Positions 9,204 to 20,036 of a DNA stretch of 64,000 nucleotides are shown piece by piece. Under the pieces are notes generated by a model that saw only the letters and a program-made list of their open reading frames with translations, was not told the DNA's origin and did no database searches. Made by a program: the position numbers and the translations under genes. The stretch is from contig JBHIEG010000008.1 in assembly GCA_046760505.1 (NCBI GenBank), positions 12,200 through 76,199 on the forward strand, in the 5' to 3' direction. Source of the DNA: Candidatus Hydrothermarchaeota archaeon (GTDB lineage: Archaea > CAYFZR01). Each line of letters opens with the position of its first letter. Positions within the stretch are counted from its first letter, which is position 1.

Positions 9204-10985
9204 CTAAGCCTCTTCTTTCCTAACTTCCTCTACTCTCTTCAACTGTGCCCTGTACATCTCAACTATTTCCTCTACGCTCGTTGCTTCATTTGGTCCTTTG
9301 TCTATTCTCCATCTACCGGTAAATCTTGGAAATCTAACTGCAATCCCCGAATCCTCCCTGATTCTTCCAAATGCACATGTGTGAACAGGACTTAGTGTAA
9401 GCTCATCTCCTATTATCTCCATTACCAAATTTGGCTCAAACCAAACATCCGCCTCGAGTTCACTCTCCACGCTTGGATGTTTCTCGTCGATTTTATACGG
9501 GAGAAGCATCTCTGGAATTTTTTCCAGATCATCATCGGTAAAGCCGCTGCCAACCTTACAAACAGTATAAAACTTTTGTTCTTCTCTATCAATGACGCCT
9601 GTTAATAATGCTCCATAAGTACCTGATCTTTTTCCTCTACCTACAAAAGCTCCAACAACAACGACATCTATGGGTTCGATCATCATGGATTGATAAGAAC
9701 GTTTTAGTTTGATCCAGAGCCATCCTCTTGCTCCGGCTTGGTAGACTCCGTCCAATGATTTCAGTATAAGTCCTTCACAGCCGGATGCAACTGCAAGTTC
9801 AAAGAAATTTTCAATTTCTTTGGGATCATCTGTAATTAAGGATTTTGCACATCTTATCCGTGTATTTTCTTTAACAATGCTTTTAAGTCTATTTCTTCTA
9901 TCCATGTAACTTTTTTGTGTCAGATCTTCTCCGTCTATGTAGAGTAGATCAAACAGATATAGGCTTATTGGAAATTTTTCCTTTGCCTCCTCAATTCCGT
10001 GTTTCCTTCTTCTGTGCATAAGCTGCTGGAAGGGCAGTAAATCTTCTGTATCAGGATCTACCGCAACACACTCCCCTTCTATAATTGCGTCTCTTGCCGT
10101 TATATTTTTTTTAATCAGTTCGCTCACGTCAGGGTATTGATTTGTGATATTCTCAAGTCTTCTTGAGAAAAGAGCAATATTGTCTTTATTTTTATGTATC
10201 TGGATCCTCTCCCCATCGTATTTCCATTCACAAGCAGCTTTTCCACCAAGTTTTTCAAGAACCTCTTCTGGCGTAACAAGTCTTTGAGCCATCATCATTC
10301 TTATCGGTCTTCCAACCTTTACATGGTAGTTTCTCATTCCCTCAAGACCTTCTCTTGCTAGGGTCTTGGCTACGTCACCAAGATCCGATGTCAAGTTGTA
10401 TGCCCTCTCAATGAGTTCTCTGTTCGCTTTATCATTGGTATACGCAATCGAAAGTGCATCTAGGATTGTCATATCTGCTATACCAAGTCTTAGTTTTCCT
10501 AGAACTGCTCTTATAATGTATTTTGCCTCTTTTGGCGTTGCATCCGCCAATAAACCGGATAAAAGCCTTATCTTTAAATCTACACTTCCTGGACCCGTCG
10601 ATCTCGCTATCTTATCAAATGTCTCATAAACTTCCTTTACCGTTAAAGGCTTTGCGAAAAGAGTAGACTGCTTTTTACTTTTTGCTAGATGTTCAGCCGT
10701 TAAACCCAGGTCTCCTCTTTTCTTGAGATCCTTCTCTATTTCCTTAGTGCTGACACCAAATGCACCCGATATGGCACGAATAGCAAGTTTCTCTGCGATG
10801 CCCATTTCTAAATCCACGAAATCTGGATAAAGCTTTCCCTGAGTGAGATATGCGACCTTGTCTACAATATCTTCATCGCACTTTTTGAATAAATCTACCA
10901 AGTAATCGGTCATTTCAAGTCTTTTCGTAGTTGACTCTATGTGCTCATATACAGCTACCAACTCTGAATATTTCAAATGGGACAC
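9204..10985 (-). CDS. lig: ATP-dependent DNA ligase
   Basis: KYDGER motif I, EGLILK, WIKLK, VRFPRF; full-length DBD-AdD-OB architecture. Confidence 0.97.
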   Translation of the reverse strand: MSHLKYSELVAVYEHIESTTKRLEMTDYLVDLFKKCDEDIVDKVAYLTQGKLYPDFVDLEMGIAEKLAIRAISGAFGVSTKEIEKDLKKRGDLGLTAEHLAKSKKQSTLFAKPLTVKEVYETFDKIARSTGPGSVDLKIRLLSGLLADATPKEAKYIIRAVLGKLRLGIADMTILDALSIAYTNDKANRELIERAYNLTSDLGDVAKTLAREGLEGMRNYHVKVGRPIRMMMAQRLVTPEEVLEKLGGKAACEWKYDGERIQIHKNKDNIALFSRRLENITNQYPDVSELIKKNITARDAIIEGECVAVDPDTEDLLPFQQLMHRRRKHGIEEAKEKFPISLYLFDLLYIDGEDLTQKSYMDRRNRLKSIVKENTRIRCAKSLITDDPKEIENFFELAVASGCEGLILKSLDGVYQAGARGWLWIKLKRSYQSMMIEPIDVVVVGAFVGRGKRSGTYGALLTGVIDREEQKFYTVCKVGSGFTDDDLEKIPEMLLPYKIDEKHPSVESELEADVWFEPNLVMEIIGDELTLSPVHTCAFGRIREDSGIAVRFPRFTGRWRIDKGPNEATSVEEIVEMYRAQLKRVEEVRKEEA

Positions 10986-11022
10986 CTAAGAAATATTTTT
11001 ATCAAATTAGGTAATACTCTTT

Positions 11023-12156
11023 TTGGTTGACATGGAATTAATAGAAGATCGTGTACTCCTGTTACTCTCGATTAAAGAAAAAGGCAAAAAAATTAGCATT
11101 GATCACATTGCTGAAAAAGTAATACGCGACGAAAAAAACTGCATAAATGAATCGCAAATAAAAGATGCAATAGATCGTCTTATCTCCAAAGGACTCATCA
11201 GCGAGAGTAACAAAAATTATTATGCAACAGAAAGAGGAATTCAAGAGATAAAAGAGAGAGTAAAATCGATTGGAAATAAACTCAATCTCTCCTATCGTAT
11301 GATTTTAACAGCAAAGGAATATTATCCCCAGATCGCTGATGCAATAATTCCTTTTTTAAAAGAAAGAGCAACAAGTGTTGTAAAGATTTTTAGCGATGAA
11401 AAAGATCCTGTTAATAAAATTAAGCCTTTATTTGTAAGATATGCAAAGTATAAGCCTAAACCAGTAAATATTCAAATAAATAATACCAAAGATTTAATTA
11501 AATACGTGGAAAGCCACGCGATAGACTTCATACCCTATATACATAGGATTAATACTAAAGATCCTGATTGGTTCGTCTTGGATTTAGATGCTGGTCCCTC
11601 CTTTGATAAACATGAAAGAGGCTTTTACTTAGTTAAATTGACCGCCAAAAAGTTAGTAGAGACTCTAGAAGAATATGAAATATCCTCTTGTATAAAGTTT
11701 AGTGGATCCAGAGGTATCCAAGTATGGTCGAGTCTGGAGAACAGTAAATTGCCCTCAGGAGATATATTCTCGCTTTATAGAAAATTTGCGCAACAAATTC
11801 AGACAAAATTGGAGGAAAAATTACAGGAGTTACCCTCAAAAACCCTTAAAGAGTTCTACGAAATTGTAAAGACAGGAAAACCTATAACCACCTCTACAGT
11901 CGCGAAAAAAGCCGAAAGATCTGATCAAATCTTAATCGACTGGAGCACGATGAAGCCATCCGGCGACGTAAGAGCCCCTTTTAGCCTGCACTATAAAACT
12001 ACCTTGGTTTCTTGCCCAATAGATCCAAAACGCCTGCTCCTGTTTGAATTATCAGAGGCAAGAACTGAAAATGTTGTGGATAATCTGGAGAGGTTAATCG
12101 ACATATTCAAACTGGAAAAATCTGATCCTTCTCAAATCATAAAAGAAGTATCATAA
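11023..12156 (+). CDS. Winged-helix fused LigD/Prim-Pol-type archaeo-eukaryotic primase-polymerase
   Basis: PDWFVLDLD (motif I), KFSGSRGIQVW (motif II), ILIDW, RAPFSLH, VSCPI; N-terminal ~85 aa HTH-like. Confidence 0.78.
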   Translation: MVDMELIEDRVLLLLSIKEKGKKISIDHIAEKVIRDEKNCINESQIKDAIDRLISKGLISESNKNYYATERGIQEIKERVKSIGNKLNLSYRMILTAKEYYPQIADAIIPFLKERATSVVKIFSDEKDPVNKIKPLFVRYAKYKPKPVNIQINNTKDLIKYVESHAIDFIPYIHRINTKDPDWFVLDLDAGPSFDKHERGFYLVKLTAKKLVETLEEYEISSCIKFSGSRGIQVWSSLENSKLPSGDIFSLYRKFAQQIQTKLEEKLQELPSKTLKEFYEIVKTGKPITTSTVAKKAERSDQILIDWSTMKPSGDVRAPFSLHYKTTLVSCPIDPKRLLLFELSEARTENVVDNLERLIDIFKLEKSDPSQIIKEVS

Positions 12157-12177
12157 AAGGTATGATCGGATGATAGA

Positions 12178-13836
12178 ATGAAAGACGTTTTTTTAATCGA
12201 AGTATCCTTTGAAGTGGCGAATATGGTCGGTGGAATTTACTCGGTTCTCGCCTCCAAGTCAATTAAAATGATGGAAAGATTTCCAAATTATTTGGCTATA
12301 GGTTTCTATGATCCATTTAAATCGCCTAATGATTTTATTTCTAAAAAGGCTGAGCCTGAGATAGAATACATTTTGGAAGATTTAAAAAAGGAAGGAATCG
12401 TACCATATTACGGTCTATGGAAGGGAGGAAATTGTTCACCCTGCATATTGCTCGAAACTAAGAGTTGTGTGAACAATGAAGATATAAAAAACGATATCAA
12501 AAGAAGAAATTGGGAACTCTTTGGAATAGATAGTTTAAACTCACCGTTTACATATGATGAACCAATAGTATGGTCCGAAGCGGCCGGGAAATTAATAGAA
12601 TTGCTTATAAAGACCGATTTTTACAAAGATAAAAAATCAGTCGTTATAGCTCACGAATGGCTATCATCAGGCGTAATATTTAGAAAAAAGGCAAAAAAAC
12701 TGGATTATAAAACCATATTCATGGCGCACCAGACCATGCATGGAAGAGAAGATAGCGCACTAGGAATGGAAGTTGCTTCTTTAATCGATGAGGAATTAAG
12801 AAACGGAAAGACTGTGTCTCCAAAAAGAGCCTACGAAATAAACATAGCTGCTAAACACCTTACTGAAAGGGCAGCATCGAGATACGCTGATCTCTTCGTT
12901 ACCGTATCCTATATAACTGCAAAAGAAGCAGAATACTATCTTGGAAAGGCTCCGGACATGGTTTTACCAAATGGTATTGATCTAAAAAGATTCGATAGAT
13001 TAGAAAAAAATCTGAACAAAAATAAAATTTTAAGATTCATAAATGCTTTCTTTTATCCCTACTATGATTTGGAGAATATCGATTTAATAGCGCTAACTTC
13101 TGGAAGGTATGAATTCGAGAATAAAGGATTCGACCTTTTTATATCCTCATTAGCTAAGTTAAATGAAGAATTAAAGACTATTGAGGAAGAAAAGATTGTA
13201 ATAGCATTCTTTTTGGTCCCTGCAGCAGTAAAAGGTTTGAATTCCGATGTTGCGAATATTATTGAAAAATATCCAAGCGAAAAACTTCGTGAAACGTACA
13301 AAGGAATGACTCCTAGGTTGAGTACTCATGATTATCTGCAAGAAAATGATCCAATCCTCAATCTTTGCTGGAAACTTGGATTGAGAAATGAAAAAACAGA
13401 TACGGTTAAAGTTATTGCAATTCCAGATTACATACGAAGAGACAATCCTCCAATACACCTCGATTACTTCGATTTTGTTAGCGCCTGCGATGTCGGGGTC
13501 TTCCCAAGTAAATATGAACCATTTGGTCTTACTCCCCTAGAAACCGCTGCATGTGGATGCATATCCATTACAACTGACCTAGCAGGCTTCGGTGTTGAAC
13601 TACTTTCAATGGAAAAAGGAAAAAGACACGACGGAATATACGTACTTCCAAGGAGAAATAAGAGTTTTGACGAAACTTCAAATATTCTGAAAAATTTTTT
13701 ATTCGAGCTGGCCACGATGCCAGAAAAAGATAAATCTGAATTAAAAAAGAAGTCACGTGAATTAGCAAGCATTTTCTCCTGGGACAGAGTCATTGAAAAC
13801 TACGTGAAGGCAGTTGAGAGAGTTCTTGAGGTTTGA
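12178..13836 (+). CDS. Glycogen synthase, GT3 (eukaryote-like) family
   Basis: FEVANMVGGIYSV, HEW, SGRYEFENKGFDLFI, GVFPSKYEPFGLTPLE. Confidence 0.85.
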   Translation: MKDVFLIEVSFEVANMVGGIYSVLASKSIKMMERFPNYLAIGFYDPFKSPNDFISKKAEPEIEYILEDLKKEGIVPYYGLWKGGNCSPCILLETKSCVNNEDIKNDIKRRNWELFGIDSLNSPFTYDEPIVWSEAAGKLIELLIKTDFYKDKKSVVIAHEWLSSGVIFRKKAKKLDYKTIFMAHQTMHGREDSALGMEVASLIDEELRNGKTVSPKRAYEINIAAKHLTERAASRYADLFVTVSYITAKEAEYYLGKAPDMVLPNGIDLKRFDRLEKNLNKNKILRFINAFFYPYYDLENIDLIALTSGRYEFENKGFDLFISSLAKLNEELKTIEEEKIVIAFFLVPAAVKGLNSDVANIIEKYPSEKLRETYKGMTPRLSTHDYLQENDPILNLCWKLGLRNEKTDTVKVIAIPDYIRRDNPPIHLDYFDFVSACDVGVFPSKYEPFGLTPLETAACGCISITTDLAGFGVELLSMEKGKRHDGIYVLPRRNKSFDETSNILKNFLFELATMPEKDKSELKKKSRELASIFSWDRVIENYVKAVERVLEV

Positions 13837-13869
13837 TTTATTAAGAATTAAAAATAAAGAGCATTAAAA

Positions 13870-14964
13870 TTACTTAAGCTGATTTAGTCTTTTAATTGCT
13901 TGGATGCTCTCTTTGTCTCCCAATTTACTTTGGACTACGGCTTCCTCTAAAATTTTAATAGCCTTATCATAATCTTCTCTATTAACAGGGAAAGGGACGC
14001 CATCTTTTCCTCCAAAGGCAAAGCAATACTTCACAGGATCCTTCCAGCTTGGTCTTTCACCGAATATTATCTCTGAAACCAGCGCCAAGCCTCTTATAGT
14101 GGTTGGTCCCACTCCCCTTATTGCGAGAAGATTTTCAAAATTTTCAGGTTGTAATTCATAAATTCTTTCTATCGCGCTCCAATTCATCCTTTCCGGTACC
14201 CTATAAATAGCATTGCTTGCTTCTGCGGTCTTAAAATTTAGAAGAGTTTTTTGGCCTTTTTTCAGAGATTCAAACAATTTTTTTGTGTAAATCGGCTTTT
14301 CTTTGGATATGTCTGTAATGGTAGATCTACAGCCTCTACTTTCCTTTGAAGTTAAGTCCAGAACTCTATCATGAAGAACATCACCAACTATGCCTTCGTG
14401 GGGTTCTTCCACAAAATCTCTGACTTTCTCTGAGATCCAGTGGTATCTCCTAGCCTTTTTCATTTTTACATTTAAACCTTGCTGTATAACCGCCCATTTT
14501 CCTTTTTCGTTAAGGAACATTGAGTGATGATATAGAGGGTACCCTGCTTGTATCGCGGTGTTGTCCACCTTTGCACACATTTTACTTGAATACTTTAGCA
14601 TTTGAAGTGTTTTTTCTCCCAAAGAAAATTCATCTGCTATTTTTTCCAATTCTAAAGGACTTTTCCTTGATTGTTTACCCTTTCCACCAACTCCCTGAAT
14701 TCCTAACTCTGTCTCGGTGAATACTGTTTTCAGTACTCCACAGAGTACGGTGGTTGTGCCTGAAGAATTCCAGTCAAATCCCAGAACATTAGATAGTGCC
14801 TGAAAGAAAAAAGGGTCTGCCAGCCTCAGTAAAATTTCATCTGTTCCATGCTCTTCCGCAATTACCGTCATGATTGATTTGCCTAGCTTAATCATTCTCT
14901 CTGTGAGCCAGTCGGGAGCCTTTCCTCCATGCAACTTGAGGTGGGCAATACCACTTCTTCTCAT
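13870..14964 (-). CDS. DUF763 family protein
   Basis: LHGGKAP.WL, GFDWNSSGTTT, AKVDNTAIQ, FAFGGKDGVPFPV. Confidence 0.9.
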   Translation of the reverse strand: MRRSGIAHLKLHGGKAPDWLTERMIKLGKSIMTVIAEEHGTDEILLRLADPFFFQALSNVLGFDWNSSGTTTVLCGVLKTVFTETELGIQGVGGKGKQSRKSPLELEKIADEFSLGEKTLQMLKYSSKMCAKVDNTAIQAGYPLYHHSMFLNEKGKWAVIQQGLNVKMKKARRYHWISEKVRDFVEEPHEGIVGDVLHDRVLDLTSKESRGCRSTITDISKEKPIYTKKLFESLKKGQKTLLNFKTAEASNAIYRVPERMNWSAIERIYELQPENFENLLAIRGVGPTTIRGLALVSEIIFGERPSWKDPVKYCFAFGGKDGVPFPVNREDYDKAIKILEEAVVQSKLGDKESIQAIKRLNQLK

Positions 14965-15014
14965 CTTATTCTAATTGTCTGTTTTTCTATTCGTATTGAT
15001 CCGGTGTACAAAGA

Positions 15015-15299
15015 CTAATCATGTTTCTTTACGTATGTAATGGCACAGCCAGTTTCATCTGCAACTTTTATGATTCTATTGAATGCCTCTTCTTTATCTT
15101 TTCTTGTCAGACCTATAAGGTTAAAACTCATGAGTGAAGTCATTTTTTCTTTTGACCCTCTTCTTAGAGCAGGAATTTCAATTATTATATTCGTTAGATC
15201 AGCGTTTACACCTTTTAAGGCCTCTATGATCTTAAACAATACCTCCCTCTCGATTATGTGCCCTGCCATGCCAACCTCATCAATCGCTCTCTCAACCAT
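15015..15299 (-). CDS. Hypothetical protein resembling the N-terminal domain of TIGR00300/LOR-SDH proteins
   Basis: GHII motif near N-terminus; GAGGTGA RBS before ATG 15299. Confidence 0.45.
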   Translation of the reverse strand: MVERAIDEVGMAGHIIEREVLFKIIEALKGVNADLTNIIIEIPALRRGSKEKMTSLMSFNLIGLTRKDKEEAFNRIIKVADETGCAITYVKKHD

Positions 15300-15401
15300 A
15301 TTTTCACCTCTACAAAATTGTTTTCTCTCATACTTAACACTTGCCTGCATAAAGTTAAAATAAATGTTTACTCATATTGTTTGTGAGCAGGTGAACCTCA
15401 A

Positions 15402-16670
15402 TTGTCTACTCTTATGTGGGCTGAACTGATTCTTCTTACCGTACTTGTCCTGTTATCAGGATTTTTTTCTGGTTCAGAAACCGCCTTAATCTCATTGAAT
15501 AAAATAAGGATTAAATATCTCGTTCAAAAAGGTGAAAAAAGAGCAAAAACTGTTGATGAATTACTTAAACAACCAAACAGGCTTCTTGCAACAATCCTAA
15601 TAGGAAATAATCTGGTAAACGTTGCTGCATCGGCTCTGGCAACCTCTCTAGCAATCCAGTACTTTGGAAACAAAGGCATTGGAATAGCAACCGGAGTTAT
15701 GACCTTGGTCTTGCTTATGTTTGGAGAAATCAGTCCGAAGGCTTTTGCTACCAAAAATGCTGAAAAAGTATCTTTTATCGTATCAAAACCTATTAAGACG
15801 CTTGAATATGTATTTTATCCAGTGATAGAGATTTTGACGAAATTTACCAATTTTATAGTAAGAATTCTTGGAGGAGAGGCAAAAGCATCTCCATTTATTA
15901 CAGAGGAAGAAATCAAAACAATGCTTTACGTGGGAGAAGAAGAGGGTGAAATCGAGCCAGAAGAAAGAGAGATGATCCATAAGATATTTGAATTCGGCGA
16001 AACTACCGTTAAAGAGGTTTTGGTACCGAGAATGGACATGGTCTGCATAGAGGCAAACCGATCTTTAGAAGAAGCCGTGGACAAAGCCTTGGAACATGGA
16101 TTTTCAAGGTTACCAGTATATGAAGGCACGGTGGATAACATAGTAGGAATCGTTCACATAAAAGACCTCTTCACGCATATAAGGGAAAAACGACAGGTAT
16201 CTCTAAAAGAGGTTATGAGACCAACCTACTATGTTCCTGAAACAAAAAAGGTCAGTGATCTCCTGAAAGATCTGCAAAGAAGCAGACAACATATGGCAAT
16301 ATGCACAGACGAGTACGGTGGCACGGTAGGGCTGGTCACCATTGAGGATCTCTTAGAGGAGATAGTTGGAGAGATTACGGACGAACATGATCCTAGGATG
16401 GAATTGATTAAGAAAGTAAATGAGAGAACCTACATTGTTAATGGAGCCGTGCCTATTGATGACTTGAACAAATACTTGGGATCAAATTTCCCTGAGGAGA
16501 ATTCTGAAACCATTGGAGGATTCGTATTCCACTGTCTCGGGAAATTACCTAAACCAGGGGATTCCATTGAGTACGATGGATACGAAATATCTGTTCAAAA
16601 AATAGAAAAAAGGAGAATCGTGCAGGTAAAAATTATCAAGCCTTTAACACCAAGCAACGAAGAAAATTAA
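15402..16670 (+). CDS. CNNM/CorB (HlyC/CorC) family Mg2+/Co2+ transporter (DUF21-CBS-CorC)
   Basis: [54 protein letters not shown]. Confidence 0.93.
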   Translation: MSTLMWAELILLTVLVLLSGFFSGSETALISLNKIRIKYLVQKGEKRAKTVDELLKQPNRLLATILIGNNLVNVAASALATSLAIQYFGNKGIGIATGVMTLVLLMFGEISPKAFATKNAEKVSFIVSKPIKTLEYVFYPVIEILTKFTNFIVRILGGEAKASPFITEEEIKTMLYVGEEEGEIEPEEREMIHKIFEFGETTVKEVLVPRMDMVCIEANRSLEEAVDKALEHGFSRLPVYEGTVDNIVGIVHIKDLFTHIREKRQVSLKEVMRPTYYVPETKKVSDLLKDLQRSRQHMAICTDEYGGTVGLVTIEDLLEEIVGEITDEHDPRMELIKKVNERTYIVNGAVPIDDLNKYLGSNFPEENSETIGGFVFHCLGKLPKPGDSIEYDGYEISVQKIEKRRIVQVKIIKPLTPSNEEN

Positions 16671-16735
16671 CCTTAGAATAAAATTCTTCGGCATTCTTTC
16701 ATTCAAAAGCCCAAATTTATCTGGAATAAATATAT

Positions 16736-17146
16736 ATGAACAAATGCCACAGTTTATGCATGTCAATATTCAAAAAGATGACCCGTATCCTGAAGAAGGA
16801 GATAAATTTTCTCTACGTCATTGACTCTCCTGCATGTGTAGAATATTTTAACGATGTATATGATATGTTGGAAAAAAACGATCGTCTTCATGTTCTCGCT
16901 TTGCACAATCCTAGAGATCTAGAGTCAAAAAGCCTTTTCGAAATGCTTAGATCGCTTTCCATTGATCTGCCTAAGGTTAAAAGCTTCAGGATCGTGGAGT
17001 GCAACATATCATTAGCAAGAGTTTATGCCAACGAAATCAAGAAACAATGTAAAAATGAAGATATCAACGTGATAATAATCCCGAAAAAGAGACCTCAAGT
17101 TTATGAAAGGGTCTCCTCCCTCAATATTCCAATCATTACGGTATGA
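16736..17146 (+). CDS. Hypothetical protein, possible divergent universal-stress-protein fold
   Basis: FLYVIDS, LHVLALH, INVIII, C-terminal IPIITV follow USP strand order; weak. Confidence 0.4.
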   Translation: MNKCHSLCMSIFKKMTRILKKEINFLYVIDSPACVEYFNDVYDMLEKNDRLHVLALHNPRDLESKSLFEMLRSLSIDLPKVKSFRIVECNISLARVYANEIKKQCKNEDINVIIIPKKRPQVYERVSSLNIPIITV

Positions 17147-17159
17147 TCTACTTAATGGT

Positions 17160-18437
17160 CTATGCCCTAAAGTACTCTTTCACTATTTTAATGGCACAGT
17201 ATTCTCCACACATTGTGCAAACATCTCGATCATATGGTTCTCTCTGGCTCCTATATTCCCTTGCTTTATAGGGATCTATGGCTACGCTGAACTGTCCTTC
17301 CCAATCCAAATCCATTCTTGCCTTTGCCATCCTTTGATCCAAGTCTCTACCGATCCCCTTTACAATATCTCCAGCGTGGGCCGCAATTTTAGCTGCTATA
17401 ACCCCTTCTTTAACATCTTGTTTGCTCGGAAGGCCTAAATGCTCTGAAGGAGTTACGTAACACAAGAAATCTGCTCCCGATGCCGCTGCAATCGCTCCAC
17501 CGATTGCGGAAGTTATATGATCATAACCAGGCGCTATGTCCGTCACGATAGGTCCAAGTACGTAGAATGGGGCGCCTCTACAGATTGATTTTTGAAGTTT
17601 TACGTGTCCTTCAATCTCATTTAAAGGCATGTGTCCGGGACCCTCTACAATTGTTTGAACACCATACTCCCTTGCTCTCTGGACGAGTTCTCCAAGTATT
17701 ATGAGTTCCTGTATCTGCGGTCTATCCGAAGAATCCGCCAAGCATCCGGGTCTTAAACCATCGCCTAGACTTAACGTTAGGTCGTACTCTTTGGAAATTT
17801 CAAGGAGATAATCATAATTTTTGTACAGGGGATTTTCCTCCTGATTGTGTATTATGTAGGCTGCGAGAAAACTTCCACCCCTGCTCACAATATTGGTTGT
17901 CCTCTTCTGTTTTATAAGTCTCTCCACGGTTTCTTTGGTAACACCGCAATGGACCGTTATGAAGTCTACTCCATCTTTAGCATGCTTCTCTATGGTAGAG
18001 AAGATTGTATCCTCGTCCATATGGATTATTGCTCCTTTTTTCTTTAAGGCGGTAATACCGGCCTGATATATCGGTACAGTTCCCAGAGGAACGTTTAGTC
18101 CAAGCATTTTCTTCCTTATTTTGTCAATGTCCCCTCCAGTGCTAAGATCCATGATTGTGTCAGAGCCATATTCTATTGCTATTCTTGCTTTTTCTATCTC
18201 TAAATCAATATCTTTAAAATCAGGAGAGGTTCCCAGGTTTGCGTTAATCTTAGTTCTTAATCCATGACCTATCCCTATACTCGGAATCTCTCTCGCCACA
18301 TTCTTTGGTATTACCACTTTTCCCTCGTGAACTAATTTAGCAAGTTTCTCAGGGTCTACGCCTTCCTTTTGAGCGACTTCAAAGACCTCCAGAGGTATTT
18401 CGTGTCCTGCTTCTTTCATAATAGTCAAAAATATCAC
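17160..18437 (-). CDS. thiC: Phosphomethylpyrimidine synthase
   Basis: TKINANLGTS, MDLSTGG, VSRGGS, LGDGLRPG, EGPGH, CTMCGEYC. Confidence 0.96.
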   Translation of the reverse strand: MIFLTIMKEAGHEIPLEVFEVAQKEGVDPEKLAKLVHEGKVVIPKNVAREIPSIGIGHGLRTKINANLGTSPDFKDIDLEIEKARIAIEYGSDTIMDLSTGGDIDKIRKKMLGLNVPLGTVPIYQAGITALKKKGAIIHMDEDTIFSTIEKHAKDGVDFITVHCGVTKETVERLIKQKRTTNIVSRGGSFLAAYIIHNQEENPLYKNYDYLLEISKEYDLTLSLGDGLRPGCLADSSDRPQIQELIILGELVQRAREYGVQTIVEGPGHMPLNEIEGHVKLQKSICRGAPFYVLGPIVTDIAPGYDHITSAIGGAIAAASGADFLCYVTPSEHLGLPSKQDVKEGVIAAKIAAHAGDIVKGIGRDLDQRMAKARMDLDWEGQFSVAIDPYKAREYRSQREPYDRDVCTMCGEYCAIKIVKEYFRA

Positions 18438-18439
18438 CT

Positions 18440-18934
18440 TTAAACCATTTTCTTTTGTAGGCTGTTAAGTCTCTCCTCGATTGTTTGCCAGTGCCTACCT
18501 TCCCAATAAACCTTTCCGCAGTTCTCGCATATCCAGAATTCATCGTACTTTCTGATAAGTTTAGTGGTAATTACTCCCTCTTTTACTAGCATCTTCAGTT
18601 CTTTTGGATCGGCACTCCTGATCTCAGAATTGCAGACGCTACATCTAACAATGTTTACCTCAAGGTCCAAGTTATATGTCCTGACAACTTCTTCGAGCTG
18701 ATCCATTACTTTGTCCGAATTTATCAGGAGGGCATCCACATTCTCTTTTCTGGCCTTTTCCACAAGGTCCTTGTCTCTGGAAAGTAATACCCTGCTCTCT
18801 TCCTTGGCAAGGATCACCATGAATTCGTCCTCTGCCTCCTGAAAGTCAAAGTCGTTTACGCTGAGCGTATCATGACCCAAAAGTCTCAGCCAACTAGTCA
18901 ATTTTCCTAGCATTCTGTCTACCAAGAATCTCAA
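18440..18934 (-). CDS. Mut7-C RNase domain protein (PIN-like plus Zn ribbon)
   Basis: [35 protein letters not shown]. Confidence 0.92.
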   Translation of the reverse strand: MRFLVDRMLGKLTSWLRLLGHDTLSVNDFDFQEAEDEFMVILAKEESRVLLSRDKDLVEKARKENVDALLINSDKVMDQLEEVVRTYNLDLEVNIVRCSVCNSEIRSADPKELKMLVKEGVITTKLIRKYDEFWICENCGKVYWEGRHWQTIEERLNSLQKKMV

Positions 18935-20036
18935 TAACTGGACTCTCCCAAAATTTGTTTGGATGTATCAGACCACATCTTATCATGTGATCTACCAAGA
19001 CACAAGCAAACATCGCTTCTCCAACCGGCACTATTCTAGGAGTTATGTTAGGATCATGTCTCCCTTCTACCTTTAATTTTGTGGGCTTCATACTTATAAG
19101 ATCCACGGTCTCTTGAATCTTTCCTATTGATGAGGTAGGTTTTACTGCAAATCTACATACTATAGGCATTCCGGTTGATATCCCTCCCAAGATGCCTCCG
19201 CAGTTATTTGATTTCATTTTTATCTTGCCTTCTTCAATTATAAAGGGATCGTTGAACTCTGATCCCAGCATTCTGCTTGCATCAAAACCTACTCCTATTT
19301 CAATACCTTTTACTGCGCCAATTGACATTATAGCCTTTGCTATATCTGCCTCCAGTTTATCGAAGACCGGTTCTCCCAAACCCGCTGGAACATTTAGAGC
19401 TATTAACTCAACAATTCCCCCTGAACTGTCTCCTTGTTCATGGATCTCCTTTATCTTTCTTATCATCAGTTTTGATACATAAGGATCTCCGCAGAAGATT
19501 TCGTCTTCTCGGGACTTTCTGATCTGCTCTATGGACAGTTTCCCGACTCTTATCCCTGCTGCTTCTACCACATGTCCTAAAATTTCTATTCCAACAATAT
19601 TGAGAATTTTTTTTGCAACTGCTCCGGCAGCAACTCTAGCAACTGTTTCCCTTCCGCTAGCCCTTCCACCCCCTCTGTAATCCAGATGCTCATATTTTAA
19701 CTTATAAGTAAGGTCAGCGTGACCAGGACGGGGTTTGTATTTAATGGGCTCATAGGGAGAGGAATCAACGTCTCTATTCCAGACCAACATTGATATTGGA
19801 GTGCCGATTGTTTTGCCTTCAAAAATTCCTGATAGGATCTCTATTTCATCTTTTTCCTCTCTTTTGGAGGTTATATCGTGCTTTCCAGGTCTCCTTCTAT
19901 CAAGTTCCTCCTGGATGTCTTTTGGTTTTATTGGAACTCCAGCAGGGACACCATCTAATACCACGCCAACAGCTTTGCCATGGGATTCTCCCCAGGTGGT
20001 AATCTTGAATATTTTTCCAAATGTATTTCCGCTCAT
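18894..20036 (-). CDS. aroC: Chorismate synthase
   Basis: [34 protein letters not shown]. Confidence 0.97.
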   Translation of the reverse strand: MSGNTFGKIFKITTWGESHGKAVGVVLDGVPAGVPIKPKDIQEELDRRRPGKHDITSKREEKDEIEILSGIFEGKTIGTPISMLVWNRDVDSSPYEPIKYKPRPGHADLTYKLKYEHLDYRGGGRASGRETVARVAAGAVAKKILNIVGIEILGHVVEAAGIRVGKLSIEQIRKSREDEIFCGDPYVSKLMIRKIKEIHEQGDSSGGIVELIALNVPAGLGEPVFDKLEADIAKAIMSIGAVKGIEIGVGFDASRMLGSEFNDPFIIEEGKIKMKSNNCGGILGGISTGMPIVCRFAVKPTSSIGKIQETVDLISMKPTKLKVEGRHDPNITPRIVPVGEAMFACVLVDHMIRCGLIHPNKFWESPVIEILGRQNARKID

